DNA of 64,000 nt, taken from Parcubacteria group bacterium (GTDB lineage: Bacteria > Patescibacteriota > Minisyncoccia > Phycocordibacterales > DATDWN01). The position numbers were made by a program, and so were the translations under genes. This document shows, piece by piece, positions 1-9,736 of the stretch. The notes under the pieces are model-generated. The model ran no database searches and was not told the DNA's origin. It was given only the letters and a program-made list of their open reading frames with translations. Location of the stretch: the NCBI GenBank assembly GCA_038327915.1, contig JBBQLO010000001.1:20407-84406 (forward strand), given 5' to 3'. Every line of letters starts with the position of its first letter. The stretch's first letter is position 1.

Positions 1-63
1 ATTTTGTAGACCCAGACAGAGGCAGGCACTACTTCATTAGGCATATGATAGTCGAAAAATATA

Positions 64-1389
64 ATGCATAAAAAAATATTTATATTTCTTGTTATTTTCA
101 CCACGATTTTTAGCATAGGTGGCGCAGGTTATTGCGTTTACAGAAAATACACCACACACGTTGTCGAAAAAGTTGTGTATAAAACTCTGCAGGAAAAAGA
201 TTCGTATGTACGTTTTGACATGGAAGCATATGATCAAATTTCTCAAAATTATTGGGTCTCTCCAAAAAATTATAAAAATTATAATTTACCAGATTTGCCC
301 GAGATGTTTCATCTCTCACTTCAAAAAGTAACTAATGTAAACCAGGCTCTCTCGACTTCTACACGAAGTGGTGTGGCAGAAATGCTTGCTCATGCTTTTT
401 CTCTTGCTACAAGTACGGATGCTAAAAAACAAATAGCTCTCAAAACTGTCACTGTTGTTTTGTATAATCTCATACCAATACAACGAAATGGATTACTTTC
501 TGATTTACAAGAAACAGCACTTCGACAAAATGTTAGCAATATTAATCCGACGACTGACTTGTACGGAGACCTCGGCCTTCAAAAAGGAGCGAGTGCAACG
601 CAGGTGGCTCTGGCATACACACAAAAAAAAGCTCGGCTTGAAAAATCCTCAGCCATAATGACTCAAGTGGAAATTAAAACAGAAATTAAAAAAATATCAT
701 ATGCGCAAAATGTTCTCACTAATCCCCAGAATAAAGATTTATACGACCAAGGTCATATAGAACCAACACTCGCTCGCCATATAGACGGCACAACACTTTA
801 TGTTGACATGCGGAAAATATCGCCATCAACTCTTATCGAATTTGCTCACAGTATTGACACTGCGAGTACGACACCAAAACTTTCAAGTATGATTATTGAT
901 GTACGAGGAAATGTTGGCGGGTCATTGGATTTTTTGCAAGGTTTTCTCGGGTTGTTTGTAGGAATAAATCAATATGCATTTGATTTATTTCACCAAGAGG
1001 ACTATCAGGTGCAACGGACAACTCAGAATAATTTTCCAGAACTTGTACGATATGGCGAGATTGCTTTTTTGACTGACAAAATGACACAATCTACTGCAGA
1101 ATTGACGACTGCAACATTCAAGAAATTTCACTTGGCTCGTGTTGTTGGTACAACAAGCCGAGGATGGGGAACTGTTGAAAACACATACCCCCTCATGTCG
1201 CCCATTGATAATGGAGTAAAATATTCTCTTTTGCTAGTCAATAGTATTACGTTGCGTGACGACAACGAACCCATTGAAACACGCGGTGTTAGTCCAGATG
1301 TGGATACACAGGATCCTCATTGGAAAAGCAAACTCGGTAATTTCTTTCATTCTACAAGCCTCATACAGGCCATACAAAAAGAAATATAA
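64..1389 (+). CDS. S41-like peptidase domain protein (C-terminal processing protease-like), N-terminal membrane anchor
   Basis: N-terminal hydrophobic segment. 'IIDVRGNVGGS' resembles the S41 DLRxNxGG motif and 'TQSTAELT' resembles the Ser-containing GSASAAE region. The expected catalytic Lys in the TFGKG-like segment appears as 'SRGWG', so activity is uncertain. Confidence 0.45.
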   Translation: MHKKIFIFLVIFTTIFSIGGAGYCVYRKYTTHVVEKVVYKTLQEKDSYVRFDMEAYDQISQNYWVSPKNYKNYNLPDLPEMFHLSLQKVTNVNQALSTSTRSGVAEMLAHAFSLATSTDAKKQIALKTVTVVLYNLIPIQRNGLLSDLQETALRQNVSNINPTTDLYGDLGLQKGASATQVALAYTQKKARLEKSSAIMTQVEIKTEIKKISYAQNVLTNPQNKDLYDQGHIEPTLARHIDGTTLYVDMRKISPSTLIEFAHSIDTASTTPKLSSMIIDVRGNVGGSLDFLQGFLGLFVGINQYAFDLFHQEDYQVQRTTQNNFPELVRYGEIAFLTDKMTQSTAELTTATFKKFHLARVVGTTSRGWGTVENTYPLMSPIDNGVKYSLLLVNSITLRDDNEPIETRGVSPDVDTQDPHWKSKLGNFFHSTSLIQAIQKEI

Positions 1390-1805
1390 TGTTGTATACT
1401 AGGTATATGAATTTTCTCATCATTATGCCGTATTACATAGTGTGGCATTATGGACAAGCTCTCTCGGATATACGTGGTATATGGAAAAATTTTCTTGTTT
1501 TCATATTTCATCTCTTTTCTATTCCGGTCCTTTTTTCCACACTTTTTTCTCCGTGGCAAAGAATTGTTAATGATCCGAATGCAGTCACGGCCGTGAGTAG
1601 TTTTGCCGATACTCTTATTGTTAATACAATTATGCGAGTCTTCGGAGCCTGTATTCGACTTGTGACCATCCTCATTGGCTTTATGTGTCTTGCAGCAATG
1701 TTTGTCACTGGAATTATAGTTTTCATGTTCTGGTTGGTACTCCCAGCGCTTCTGCTCATGGGGGTAGTGTGGGGGTTTGGTCATTTATTTTTGAATGTAG
1801 GTTAA
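1389..1805 (+). CDS. small polytopic membrane protein, hypothetical
   Basis: 138 aa ORF with several hydrophobic helices, directly downstream of the peptidase. No recognisable motif. Confidence 0.35.
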   Translation: MLYTRYMNFLIIMPYYIVWHYGQALSDIRGIWKNFLVFIFHLFSIPVLFSTLFSPWQRIVNDPNAVTAVSSFADTLIVNTIMRVFGACIRLVTILIGFMCLAAMFVTGIIVFMFWLVLPALLLMGVVWGFGHLFLNVG

Positions 1806-1824
1806 TTTATTTACGCATATCTGT

Positions 1825-4317
1825 ATGAATTTTATCGAAATACAAAAAAATGCTCGTTCTCTCTACTACCCAGTATTTCTTTTGGAAGATACTTTTTCTC
1901 ATACCCGTCGAAAAAATGTAAGATTTTGGGTGGGTATTTTGTCTCTCGTTTTATTTGTCGTCTCGGTAGCACTTTCTGGAGTTCGGTCTGTTTTCGGCGG
2001 TTACGGTTTGCTCGGAAATGAAGTGTTTTCGTCTACAGTTATTTTTTTCTGTATCTGGATATTTATTGGATTGTTAGAGGCATTTTATTATTCGTACTTT
2101 TATATTGAATATAGCGAAAATAGTAAAAAAAAATCTTTAGAGGAAGTGGTTTTTATTGATTTTGATGTTGCCTACGCTTTTTTTCATGTTTCATCAGACG
2201 ATGTTACTGGTACATTCTTTACAAAAACTAGTGTAAAAAATAGTGGCGGAGAAATTGGTTTGGAGTTCCTCTTGCGAGCTGGAGTGTCACAGGTAGACTT
2301 CGATAGATTTATATCTACGCGCAGTGTTCTCCTAAGAGGAGATCAGGTTAATTGTGATCTCACTGAAGGTCGTGTCACTCTGACCAACTTTCTTCTCGCT
2401 TTATGCACATCTGACAAAGGTCTTGCGGATTTTCTTTTCACGTACGGTATTCAAGAAAAAGAGATTATTGGTATTGGGGAGTGGATTTCTGAGCGTCTTA
2501 TGTCTACTCAGTCGAGAAATCACTGGTGGTCGAGGGATTCTCTCAGTCGTATTCCAGGTATCGGTCAAGATTGGTCTTACGGCCAAATATATACACTTAA
2601 AAAGTACGAACGGTATCTACCAGCTGTGACGAGTACACGATATGAAGTCCATTCGTCCTATGGAGTTGATGAACTTAAAGAAATAGAAGCAGTTCTTTCT
2701 CGGAGTCGGGAGGCCAACGTCATATTGGTAGGTAATGACGAGGGAGGTAAACTTTCTCTTGTTGCACATTTACGCAATATGATTGGAGAAGGTGTAGTCC
2801 TCTCAGCACTTCGACACAAGCGTGTCATTGTTCTTGACTCGGACACACTTGTCTCCCATAATAGTTCCAAAGAACTTTTTGAAGCCGAATTTGCGAAGGT
2901 AATGAATGAATCGATTATGGCGGGCAATATTATTCTGGTCATTGAAAATTTTCCTTCACTCATCGCTTCTGCATCGCTTCTTGGTTCGGATGTGCCAACG
3001 CTTCTCGAATCATATCTCCATTCACCGAGTCTCCAAATTATTGCTCTTTCAGATATGGAACGTTTTCATGAAGTACTCGAAAAAAATACCGCACTGATGC
3101 AGTACTTTGAGTACACACTTGTTAAGGATGTAAATAATACAAATAATATAAAAGTGTTGGAGAATGAATCGGCTCAGTTTGAGTCCATACTTATTTTTAC
3201 ATATCCCGCTCTCGAAGCTATTGTTGAGTCTGCAGAAAGGTATTTTCCGAACGCTGTCATGCCTGACAAGGCTATTGATCTTCTTCTAGAAATTGTTCCC
3301 AAGCTAAAAGCAGAGGGAAGAGATTTTGTTTTCAAATCCGACATTAATACACTTGTTCAAACCAAAACTGGTATTCCAGTAGGGGAAATACATGTGGAGG
3401 AAAGAGAAAAGCTACTTCATCTTGAAGATTTGTTGCGTAAACGTATTGTTGGTCAAGAAGAAGCCATTGTCTCTGTTTCAAATGCTGTCAGGCGAGCGCG
3501 GTCTGGCGTTGTCAGTGCCGATCGTCCAATGTCTTCGTTTCTTTTTCTTGGTCCGACAGGAGTGGGAAAGACTGAAGTGACAAAAGCACTGTGCGAAGTA
3601 TTTTTTGGAGGCGACAATCATATTATGCGTCTCGATATGTCGGAATATTCGGCACACGATGCTACATCTAAACTCATTGGATCTTTCGAAAGCCGACAAG
3701 CAGGGATACTTTCCTCACTTCTTCGTGAACACCCGTACGGAGTTTTGCTTTTGGATGAATTTGAAAAAGCAAATAAAGAAGTTATGAATTTATTTTTACA
3801 AATTCTTGATGAAGGATTTTTCGCAGATCAGACAGGTAAACGAGTCAATGCTCGCAATCTAATTATTATTGCAACATCGAATGCTGGGAGTGATCTTATT
3901 TGGCAAGCTGTTAAAGCGGGAGAAGATTTGTCAGGAAGTAAAGACAAAATACTAAATAGTATTATTAACTCTGGAATGTTTAAACCAGAACTCCTCAATC
4001 GCTTCGACGGAGTCATTTTATTCCACCCACTTACAAGTGAACACGTGAGAGCTATTGCTAAAATTAAATTAGGTATTTTGCACGAACGCCTTGCTGGCAA
4101 AGGTTTGAATCTAGTTATAGACGATGCGCTAATTGATTTTGTCGCTAGTCATGGTACAGATCCAACTTTCGGTGCCAGGCCAATAAATCGTGCAATTTCT
4201 GACACTGTTGAGCAGTTGGTGGCTAAAAAAATTATCGACGGCTCTATCTCTCCTGGTTCAAAAATAGTTTTGAATACCACGGAATTAGAACAAAATGGAA
4301 TAAAAATAGGGCTGTAA
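1825..4317 (+). CDS. membrane-anchored Hsp100/Clp-family double AAA+ ATPase (ClpA/ClpB-like) with degenerate D1
   Basis: Two TM helices at the N-terminus. D1 aligns to ClpB D1 but Walker A is 'GNDEGGKLS' (Thr replaced by Leu) and Walker B is 'ILVIEN'. D2 is canonical: 'LFLGPTGVGKTE', 'VLLLDEFEKA', sensor region 'IIIATSNAGS' and 'LLNRFDGVILFHPL'. No ClpP-docking IGF-like loop and no long M-domain. Confidence 0.7.
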   Translation: MNFIEIQKNARSLYYPVFLLEDTFSHTRRKNVRFWVGILSLVLFVVSVALSGVRSVFGGYGLLGNEVFSSTVIFFCIWIFIGLLEAFYYSYFYIEYSENSKKKSLEEVVFIDFDVAYAFFHVSSDDVTGTFFTKTSVKNSGGEIGLEFLLRAGVSQVDFDRFISTRSVLLRGDQVNCDLTEGRVTLTNFLLALCTSDKGLADFLFTYGIQEKEIIGIGEWISERLMSTQSRNHWWSRDSLSRIPGIGQDWSYGQIYTLKKYERYLPAVTSTRYEVHSSYGVDELKEIEAVLSRSREANVILVGNDEGGKLSLVAHLRNMIGEGVVLSALRHKRVIVLDSDTLVSHNSSKELFEAEFAKVMNESIMAGNIILVIENFPSLIASASLLGSDVPTLLESYLHSPSLQIIALSDMERFHEVLEKNTALMQYFEYTLVKDVNNTNNIKVLENESAQFESILIFTYPALEAIVESAERYFPNAVMPDKAIDLLLEIVPKLKAEGRDFVFKSDINTLVQTKTGIPVGEIHVEEREKLLHLEDLLRKRIVGQEEAIVSVSNAVRRARSGVVSADRPMSSFLFLGPTGVGKTEVTKALCEVFFGGDNHIMRLDMSEYSAHDATSKLIGSFESRQAGILSSLLREHPYGVLLLDEFEKANKEVMNLFLQILDEGFFADQTGKRVNARNLIIIATSNAGSDLIWQAVKAGEDLSGSKDKILNSIINSGMFKPELLNRFDGVILFHPLTSEHVRAIAKIKLGILHERLAGKGLNLVIDDALIDFVASHGTDPTFGARPINRAISDTVEQLVAKKIIDGSISPGSKIVLNTTELEQNGIKIGL

Positions 4318-4485
4318 TGTATTATAAATGTGGTCGTCTTATATCTCGGTTGTGTTACACGACACAGGTAACTACGGAGCGTGTTTATAACACAATCTAC
4401 ACATTATCAGCTTAATTTCTATGTATTGTTTTTGTTTTTAGCCGACAATTACTGCTCACTTATTAAGTATATATTAAATTATCAT

Positions 4486-5352
4486 ATGAATAAAAAAATT
4501 ATTTCTCTTGGTTCTGTTCTTATGTGTGTGTTTCTTTTTGGTGCACAAGGTGCGTCTGCACTGAGCCTCAACCTCGATGCACAGTCTACTGCAGGTGCGA
4601 ACACAAGTTCAAACGGTGACGCGATGCACGCCACGGTCACTGCTGACATGGGTGTACACGCAACAACTAGTCCAGCTCGTATTGCAAAAAACAAAGCTCG
4701 GGCTGAGCGGGAAATTGACCAACGCGTTACCGCATTAACAAAACTCGAGACTCGAATTGCTGCTATGAAAAGATTGTCTTCTGATCAGAAAACAAGTCTG
4801 ACTGCGACATTAAGTGCTCAAGTTTCGGCAATGAGTGACTTGAAATCAAAAATCGATGCAGATACGGATACAACTGTGCTCAAAACTGACATTCAGTCAA
4901 TCACTAAAGCCTACCGTATTTTTGCACTCGTGTTACCTCTCGAGCGAATAGTTGAGTCAGCAGACACACTTGCTACACGATCAGATACAATGACGACCCT
5001 TTCAGCAAAACTCCAGGTTCGCATTGATGCTGCTCATACAGCAGGTAAAGATACGACTGTGGTCGCGGGATTGATTTCAGATATGAATACAAATTCAGCT
5101 GACGCAAAAGTGCAAGCCAATGCCGCTGTTGCACTCATAGTCAATCTCAAGCCAGATAATGGAGACAAAAGTATTGCGAAATCAAACACCCAAGCTATTT
5201 TTTCCGCTCGAGCTAAAATAAAAGTAGGGGAAATGGATATACGAACTGCGAGACGAGATGCTTCAAAAATCACTTCCGCTCTCAGAGCAATGCACCTCAA
5301 TGCAAGTATGAATGCAGGTGTCACAGCTTCTTCAACCACAACGGTTCGTTAA
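4486..5352 (+). CDS. secreted coiled-coil protein, hypothetical
   Basis: The internal Met 'MNKKIISLGSVLMCVFLFGAQGASA' gives a typical signal peptide. The remainder is Ala/Thr/Lys-rich with heptad-like repeats. The ORF-track start at 4381 is probably upstream read-through. Confidence 0.5.
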   Translation: MNKKIISLGSVLMCVFLFGAQGASALSLNLDAQSTAGANTSSNGDAMHATVTADMGVHATTSPARIAKNKARAEREIDQRVTALTKLETRIAAMKRLSSDQKTSLTATLSAQVSAMSDLKSKIDADTDTTVLKTDIQSITKAYRIFALVLPLERIVESADTLATRSDTMTTLSAKLQVRIDAAHTAGKDTTVVAGLISDMNTNSADAKVQANAAVALIVNLKPDNGDKSIAKSNTQAIFSARAKIKVGEMDIRTARRDASKITSALRAMHLNASMNAGVTASSTTTVR

Positions 5353-5453
5353 TCAACTAAATAGTGTAGGTCGTTTCTCTTTAGAGAGATACAAAAACAA
5401 ACTGCGCATAATACGCAGCTTGTTTTAATAACATAATTTGTTACTATTTTAGT

Positions 5454-6002
5454 ATGTTAAACTATCTTATTGCAATGACTGATCTAAAAAATACTGGCTT
5501 GGTATTTTCTCAGCATGAAATTATAGAAATAGGTCTTGTTGTTTTTGAATCAGCAACGGGCAAAATACACGATACATTGGATATAAAAGTGTAACCTACT
5601 CATGTTGAAAATTCTATGTCCGAAGCTTTAGAAGTCAATGGTTACAACGAAGAGAGATGGTTGGATGCTGTCGACTTACACACAGCAATAGAAATGTACG
5701 CATCAAAAACCAAAGACTGTGTATTTTGTGCTTATAACGTTGCGTTTGATTGGGGATTTATTTCTGAAGCATTTGTAAAAACGGGAATAGTGAACCATAT
5801 GAATACAGAAGAAAATCATGATCGTCTCGACCTTCTCACTATGGCGTGGATGGCGAGTCTCAAAAATAGTGAAAAGAGAAAATTCAATTTTCAGCGTGCA
5901 TGCGCGGTTTTTGGTGTTCCAATTGAGCCTGATCCCCATACAGCACTAAATGGAGCGATGACTGCGTATGCTCTGTATAAAAAGATAAACAGTATAAAGT
6001 AG
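5454..6002 (+). pseudogene. DnaQ-like (DEDDh) 3'-5' exonuclease, disrupted by in-frame TAA and with degenerate catalytic motifs
   Basis: The frame starting at ATG 5454 (MLNYLIAMTDLKNTGL...IIEIG, an Exo I-like motif with DxK instead of DxE) hits TAA at 5592-5594. It then continues in the same frame into ORF 5616..6002, which carries Exo II 'YNVAFDWGFI' and Exo III 'HTALNGAMTAYALYKK' with the catalytic Asp replaced by Gly. Confidence 0.5.
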
Positions 6003-6006
6003 TGGC

Positions 6007-7155
6007 ATGAATAATATATTTACTCACGTACGTGACTGGTATGGACGCTTTGAGAGGCCCATTTCCTCGCTCTCACTTGTTGGAGGTTTCGTTTTTGATG
6101 CATTTACTTTGCGTCGAGTGGATCAGTTTTTGGAAAACTTTTTTGTGCTGGTTCACATTGTTGTTGTCGCTATATGTATTGTGTGGATTAATCGTCTTGA
6201 TAATATTGTACACAGCGATGTGCAAGGCGAAGTTGAAAATGAAAAAAAACCAAGAACCATGCATTTTTGGCTCGTGAATATTTTGCAATTTTTCTTTGGA
6301 GGACTGCTGTCAGTTTATCTCGTCTTTTATTTCCGAAGTGCTGACTTTTTTGTCTCTTGGCCTTTTATTTTTGTCCTCGCTCTCACATTTTGGGCCAATG
6401 AGTCTTTGAAACGACATTTTACTCGCCTTATCTTTCAAGTTTCTCTTTTTTTTATATCTCTGTTTTCATTTGCTATTTTTGTTTTACCAGTCTTGCTTCA
6501 CTCTATAGGTCCGAGAATTTTTGTTCTTTCAGGACTTGTCAGCATTATCGTTATCGCTATTTTTCTTGTTATTCTCCATTATGCGAGTCGGGAAAAATTT
6601 CGTCACAGTAGCAAATTAATTTTTATTTCTATTATAAGTATTTTTTCTATTTTCAATATATTATATTTTGCCCATCTCATACCACCTATTCCGCTTTCTC
6701 TTCAGAAAGGAGGCGTGTATCATTTTGTCGAGAAAAATCTAATAGGAAATTATATAGTAACGACCGAAGCAGCTAATTGGAAAGGTCGAGTTATTTTATT
6801 TTTTAATTTTTTTCCTTCTGTTCATGTGAGTAGTGTGAGTGGTGGTAGCTTGTATGCATACAGTGCTATTTTTTCTCCGACAGATTTGAATACGACTATC
6901 ATCCACGAGTGGCAACAGTACACAGAGTCCACTCGCACGTGGAAGACACGTAGTCGGGTGGCTCTTCCTGTCGTTGGGGGTCGAGAGAAAGGGTTCCGCA
7001 CCTATTCTACGTTGTTTTTTAGTCCTTCTAATCTCACAGCAGGTAAATGGCGAGTAAATGTTGAAACGACCGACGGACAGGTTATTGGCAGTTTACGTTT
7101 TACACTTGTTCCAAGTAAGGTGGATGTCTCGTTACAAAAAGAAGTTAGATCCTAA
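6007..7155 (+). CDS. polytopic membrane protein with C-terminal extracytoplasmic domain, hypothetical
   Basis: 382 aa with about 7 hydrophobic helices followed by a roughly 150-aa soluble domain. No motif recognised. Confidence 0.45.
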   Translation: MNNIFTHVRDWYGRFERPISSLSLVGGFVFDAFTLRRVDQFLENFFVLVHIVVVAICIVWINRLDNIVHSDVQGEVENEKKPRTMHFWLVNILQFFFGGLLSVYLVFYFRSADFFVSWPFIFVLALTFWANESLKRHFTRLIFQVSLFFISLFSFAIFVLPVLLHSIGPRIFVLSGLVSIIVIAIFLVILHYASREKFRHSSKLIFISIISIFSIFNILYFAHLIPPIPLSLQKGGVYHFVEKNLIGNYIVTTEAANWKGRVILFFNFFPSVHVSSVSGGSLYAYSAIFSPTDLNTTIIHEWQQYTESTRTWKTRSRVALPVVGGREKGFRTYSTLFFSPSNLTAGKWRVNVETTDGQVIGSLRFTLVPSKVDVSLQKEVRS

Positions 7156-7271
7156 AATATTGAGTATTGGGGGGTAAGACCTTATTTTTGTATAAAATTA
7201 TTTTGAGTTTTTATAGATTGAAAAACAGTAAAATTTCCCAAATGCTGCCATTTCAGTTATAGTACCAACCT

Positions 7272-9056
7272 ATGAATAAGAAAGTTTTATTTGCAGTTGT
7301 TTTTACCGTATTTGTAGATTTGCTTGGGTTTGGAATCCTTTTGCCAGTTATACCACAACTTTTGGCAAACCCTGCTTCACCTTTTTATCTCCTACCACAC
7401 GGGGTAAGTCTTAAAATGGGCTATATCATACTTGGTTTTTTGACTGCAATTTTTCCTTTTATGCAGTTTCTTGCTACGCCGATACTCGGTGAACTTTCTG
7501 ATCGTTTTGGGCGTAAACCCGTCCTTGCTTTTTCTCTTTTTGGTACAAGTCTTTCGTATGTTATTTTTGCAATGGGTGTCCTGACTCGAAACTTGCCACT
7601 ACTTTTTATTGCACGTGCATTTGACGGACTCACGGGTGGCAATATCGCCGTCGCTCAGGCTGCTATTGCTGACGTATCTACCCCAGAAAATCGTGCTAAA
7701 AATTTTGGTCTTATAGGAGCTGCTTTTGGTGTCGGATTTATTCTAGGTCCATACTTGGGTGGTAAACTTTCTGATCCAACATTTGTTTCTTGGTTTAATG
7801 CATCTACACCTTTTTGGTTTGCAGCGGGTCTTGCATTTGTAAACACACTGTCAGTTATTTTCCTCCTGCCGGAGACACTCAAAGAAAAAAGTAAAACTCT
7901 TGCGCTTCACCTTGGCAAGTCTTTTCAAAATATTCGCAAAGCTTTTAGTCTTCCAAATATTCGTGCCGTGTTCAGTACCGTGTTTCTTTTTCAGGGTGGT
8001 TTTACATTTTTCACTACATTTTTTAGTGTCTTCCTTATTACGAAGTTTGCCTTTAATCAGGGCGATATAGGTAATTATTTTGCATATGTTGGATTGTGGA
8101 TCGCTTTCTCTCAGGCAGTTATTACTCGCCAAGTGACGAAGCGTTTTAATGAACAGGCTATCCTCCGTGTTTCTCTTATTGGTACGGGTATTTTTGTTCT
8201 TGCTCAGTTTATACCATCGGCATCGTGGGGACTCTTGCTCGTGGTACCATTTTTTGCAATGTTCAATGGACTGTCTCAAGCCAATCTTACATCATTAGCC
8301 AGCCGCTCAGCTGGATCAGAAATGCAGGGAGAGATTCTTGGTATCAATGCTTCGGTTATGGCTCTCGCTCAGTCTATACCACCAATTCTTTCGGGGTTTC
8401 TAGCCGCGTCTATTGGTGCGAGAGTTCCTATATTTGTTTCTGGGATCGTTATAATTCTTGCGGGCATCGTCTTTATATTTGCTTATAGTAAGACTTCCTC
8501 TGTAATTTTGCCTTACACAACATCTCACAAAAATAAATATATGAAAAAATTACTCATTGTTGCTGGCGTTCTTATCATTGTGTTGATTGGAGAAGTGACG
8601 TATTTCACTAAAATACGCACTCCTGCAAGTATATTCAACAGCGTAAACATTAGTGTCACACATCCACTACCGGTGACCGAAAACGCAGGCGTATCTTCGA
8701 CCACTACTGCTCATGCTGGGACAACTGGACAAGTAACGCCTTTGACACCGCCCGCAATACTTACGTACACCCCTATGATAATAACTCAAGCCAATAATAA
8801 CAGTATTGTGCATGTGAAAGTAGGATCACGTTTTACTCTTCAGCTCGGAGACATGCGGTGGAATATTTCTTTGAGCGATCCTGGCATCGTCAATCGCGTA
8901 CCTAATTTCGCTATGATTCGTGGTGCTCAGGGAATTTATTCAGCAGACAAACAAGGGGTGACTACACTCTCTGCCGAAGGACGTCCCACTTGTAATCCTG
9001 GGGAAATGTGTGCCCAGTACATCATTATATTTTCGATAACCATTGTAGTTGAATAA
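7272..9056 (+). CDS. MFS transporter fused to, or overlapping, a C-terminal membrane-anchored beta-rich extracytoplasmic domain
   Basis: MFS signature 'GELSDRFGRKPV' after TM2, with 12 TM-like segments up to about residue 420. An internal Met at 8541 (MKKLLIVAGVLIIVLIG) begins a signal-anchor and a roughly 170-aa domain in the same frame with no intervening stop. Confidence 0.7.
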   Translation: MNKKVLFAVVFTVFVDLLGFGILLPVIPQLLANPASPFYLLPHGVSLKMGYIILGFLTAIFPFMQFLATPILGELSDRFGRKPVLAFSLFGTSLSYVIFAMGVLTRNLPLLFIARAFDGLTGGNIAVAQAAIADVSTPENRAKNFGLIGAAFGVGFILGPYLGGKLSDPTFVSWFNASTPFWFAAGLAFVNTLSVIFLLPETLKEKSKTLALHLGKSFQNIRKAFSLPNIRAVFSTVFLFQGGFTFFTTFFSVFLITKFAFNQGDIGNYFAYVGLWIAFSQAVITRQVTKRFNEQAILRVSLIGTGIFVLAQFIPSASWGLLLVVPFFAMFNGLSQANLTSLASRSAGSEMQGEILGINASVMALAQSIPPILSGFLAASIGARVPIFVSGIVIILAGIVFIFAYSKTSSVILPYTTSHKNKYMKKLLIVAGVLIIVLIGEVTYFTKIRTPASIFNSVNISVTHPLPVTENAGVSSTTTAHAGTTGQVTPLTPPAILTYTPMIITQANNNSIVHVKVGSRFTLQLGDMRWNISLSDPGIVNRVPNFAMIRGAQGIYSADKQGVTTLSAEGRPTCNPGEMCAQYIIIFSITIVVE

Positions 9057-9059
9057 AAG

Positions 9060-9105
9060 TTATTCTTTCTATATTTTTTAGTTTTTTTTACTGTATAATG
9101 AAATA
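9060..9105 (+). promoter_or_regulatory. extended -10 promoter candidate (TGtATAAT) upstream of the ECF sigma gene
   Basis: 'tttactgtataatg' at 9089-9100 sits about 40 nt upstream of ATG 9143. Confidence 0.35.
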
Positions 9106-9142
9106 TTAGCCGGCGATTACTGTAATAATCTCGATACACCTC

Positions 9143-9736
9143 ATGGATGACAACACAGAGTTACGTGATGAAGTGTTAGCAGAACTTGTCCAAAAAGGTG
9201 ACAAGGAGAAGTTTGGTGTATTGATGCATCGTTACGGGGAAAAGCTTTTTCGGTACGGTCGTCGGTTTCTGTCTGAAAGGGAGTCTATCGAGGACATTGT
9301 CCAAGACGTTTTTATGAACACATATAAAAATATCCAAAGCTTCGATACATCACAAAAATTTTCTTCTTGGATATATCGCATTGCTCATAATGCTTTTGTG
9401 AATGAACTCAAACGCAGTTCAAGAAATCCACTGACTTTTTTTGATTTTGATTTTGACACACTTATATCTTACTCCGGCAGAGATCTTCATGAGGCAGATG
9501 GAGCCGTACACGACATTGAACAGAAAGAAATGAAAACAATGGTGGATCGAGGACTTGAAAAACTGTCGCCAAAATACAAAGAAATAATCATTCTTCATTA
9601 TGTCGAAGATCTGAGCTACAAAGAAATATCAGATGTTTTGGCAATTCCTGTCGGTACCGTTGGTATTCGCCTCAAGCGTGCCAAGGACTCCCTACGCAAG
9701 ACATATGAAAAACTCGATCTCACATTCACTGTATGA
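9143..9736 (+). CDS. RNA polymerase sigma-70 factor, ECF subfamily
   Basis: Region 2 'SWIYRIAHNAFVNELKR' and region 4 HTH 'LSYKEISDVLAIPVGTVGIRLKRAKDSLRK'. 197 aa. Confidence 0.8.
   Translation: MDDNTELRDEVLAELVQKGDKEKFGVLMHRYGEKLFRYGRRFLSERESIEDIVQDVFMNTYKNIQSFDTSQKFSSWIYRIAHNAFVNELKRSSRNPLTFFDFDFDTLISYSGRDLHEADGAVHDIEQKEMKTMVDRGLEKLSPKYKEIIILHYVEDLSYKEISDVLAIPVGTVGIRLKRAKDSLRKTYEKLDLTFTV

Noticed and set aside
5616-6002. ORF-track gene 5616..6002 treated as an independent 128-aa protein
   Set aside because: It is in the same frame as an upstream exonuclease N-terminal segment (5454..5591), separated only by a TAA codon. It is better explained as the 3' part of a pseudogene.
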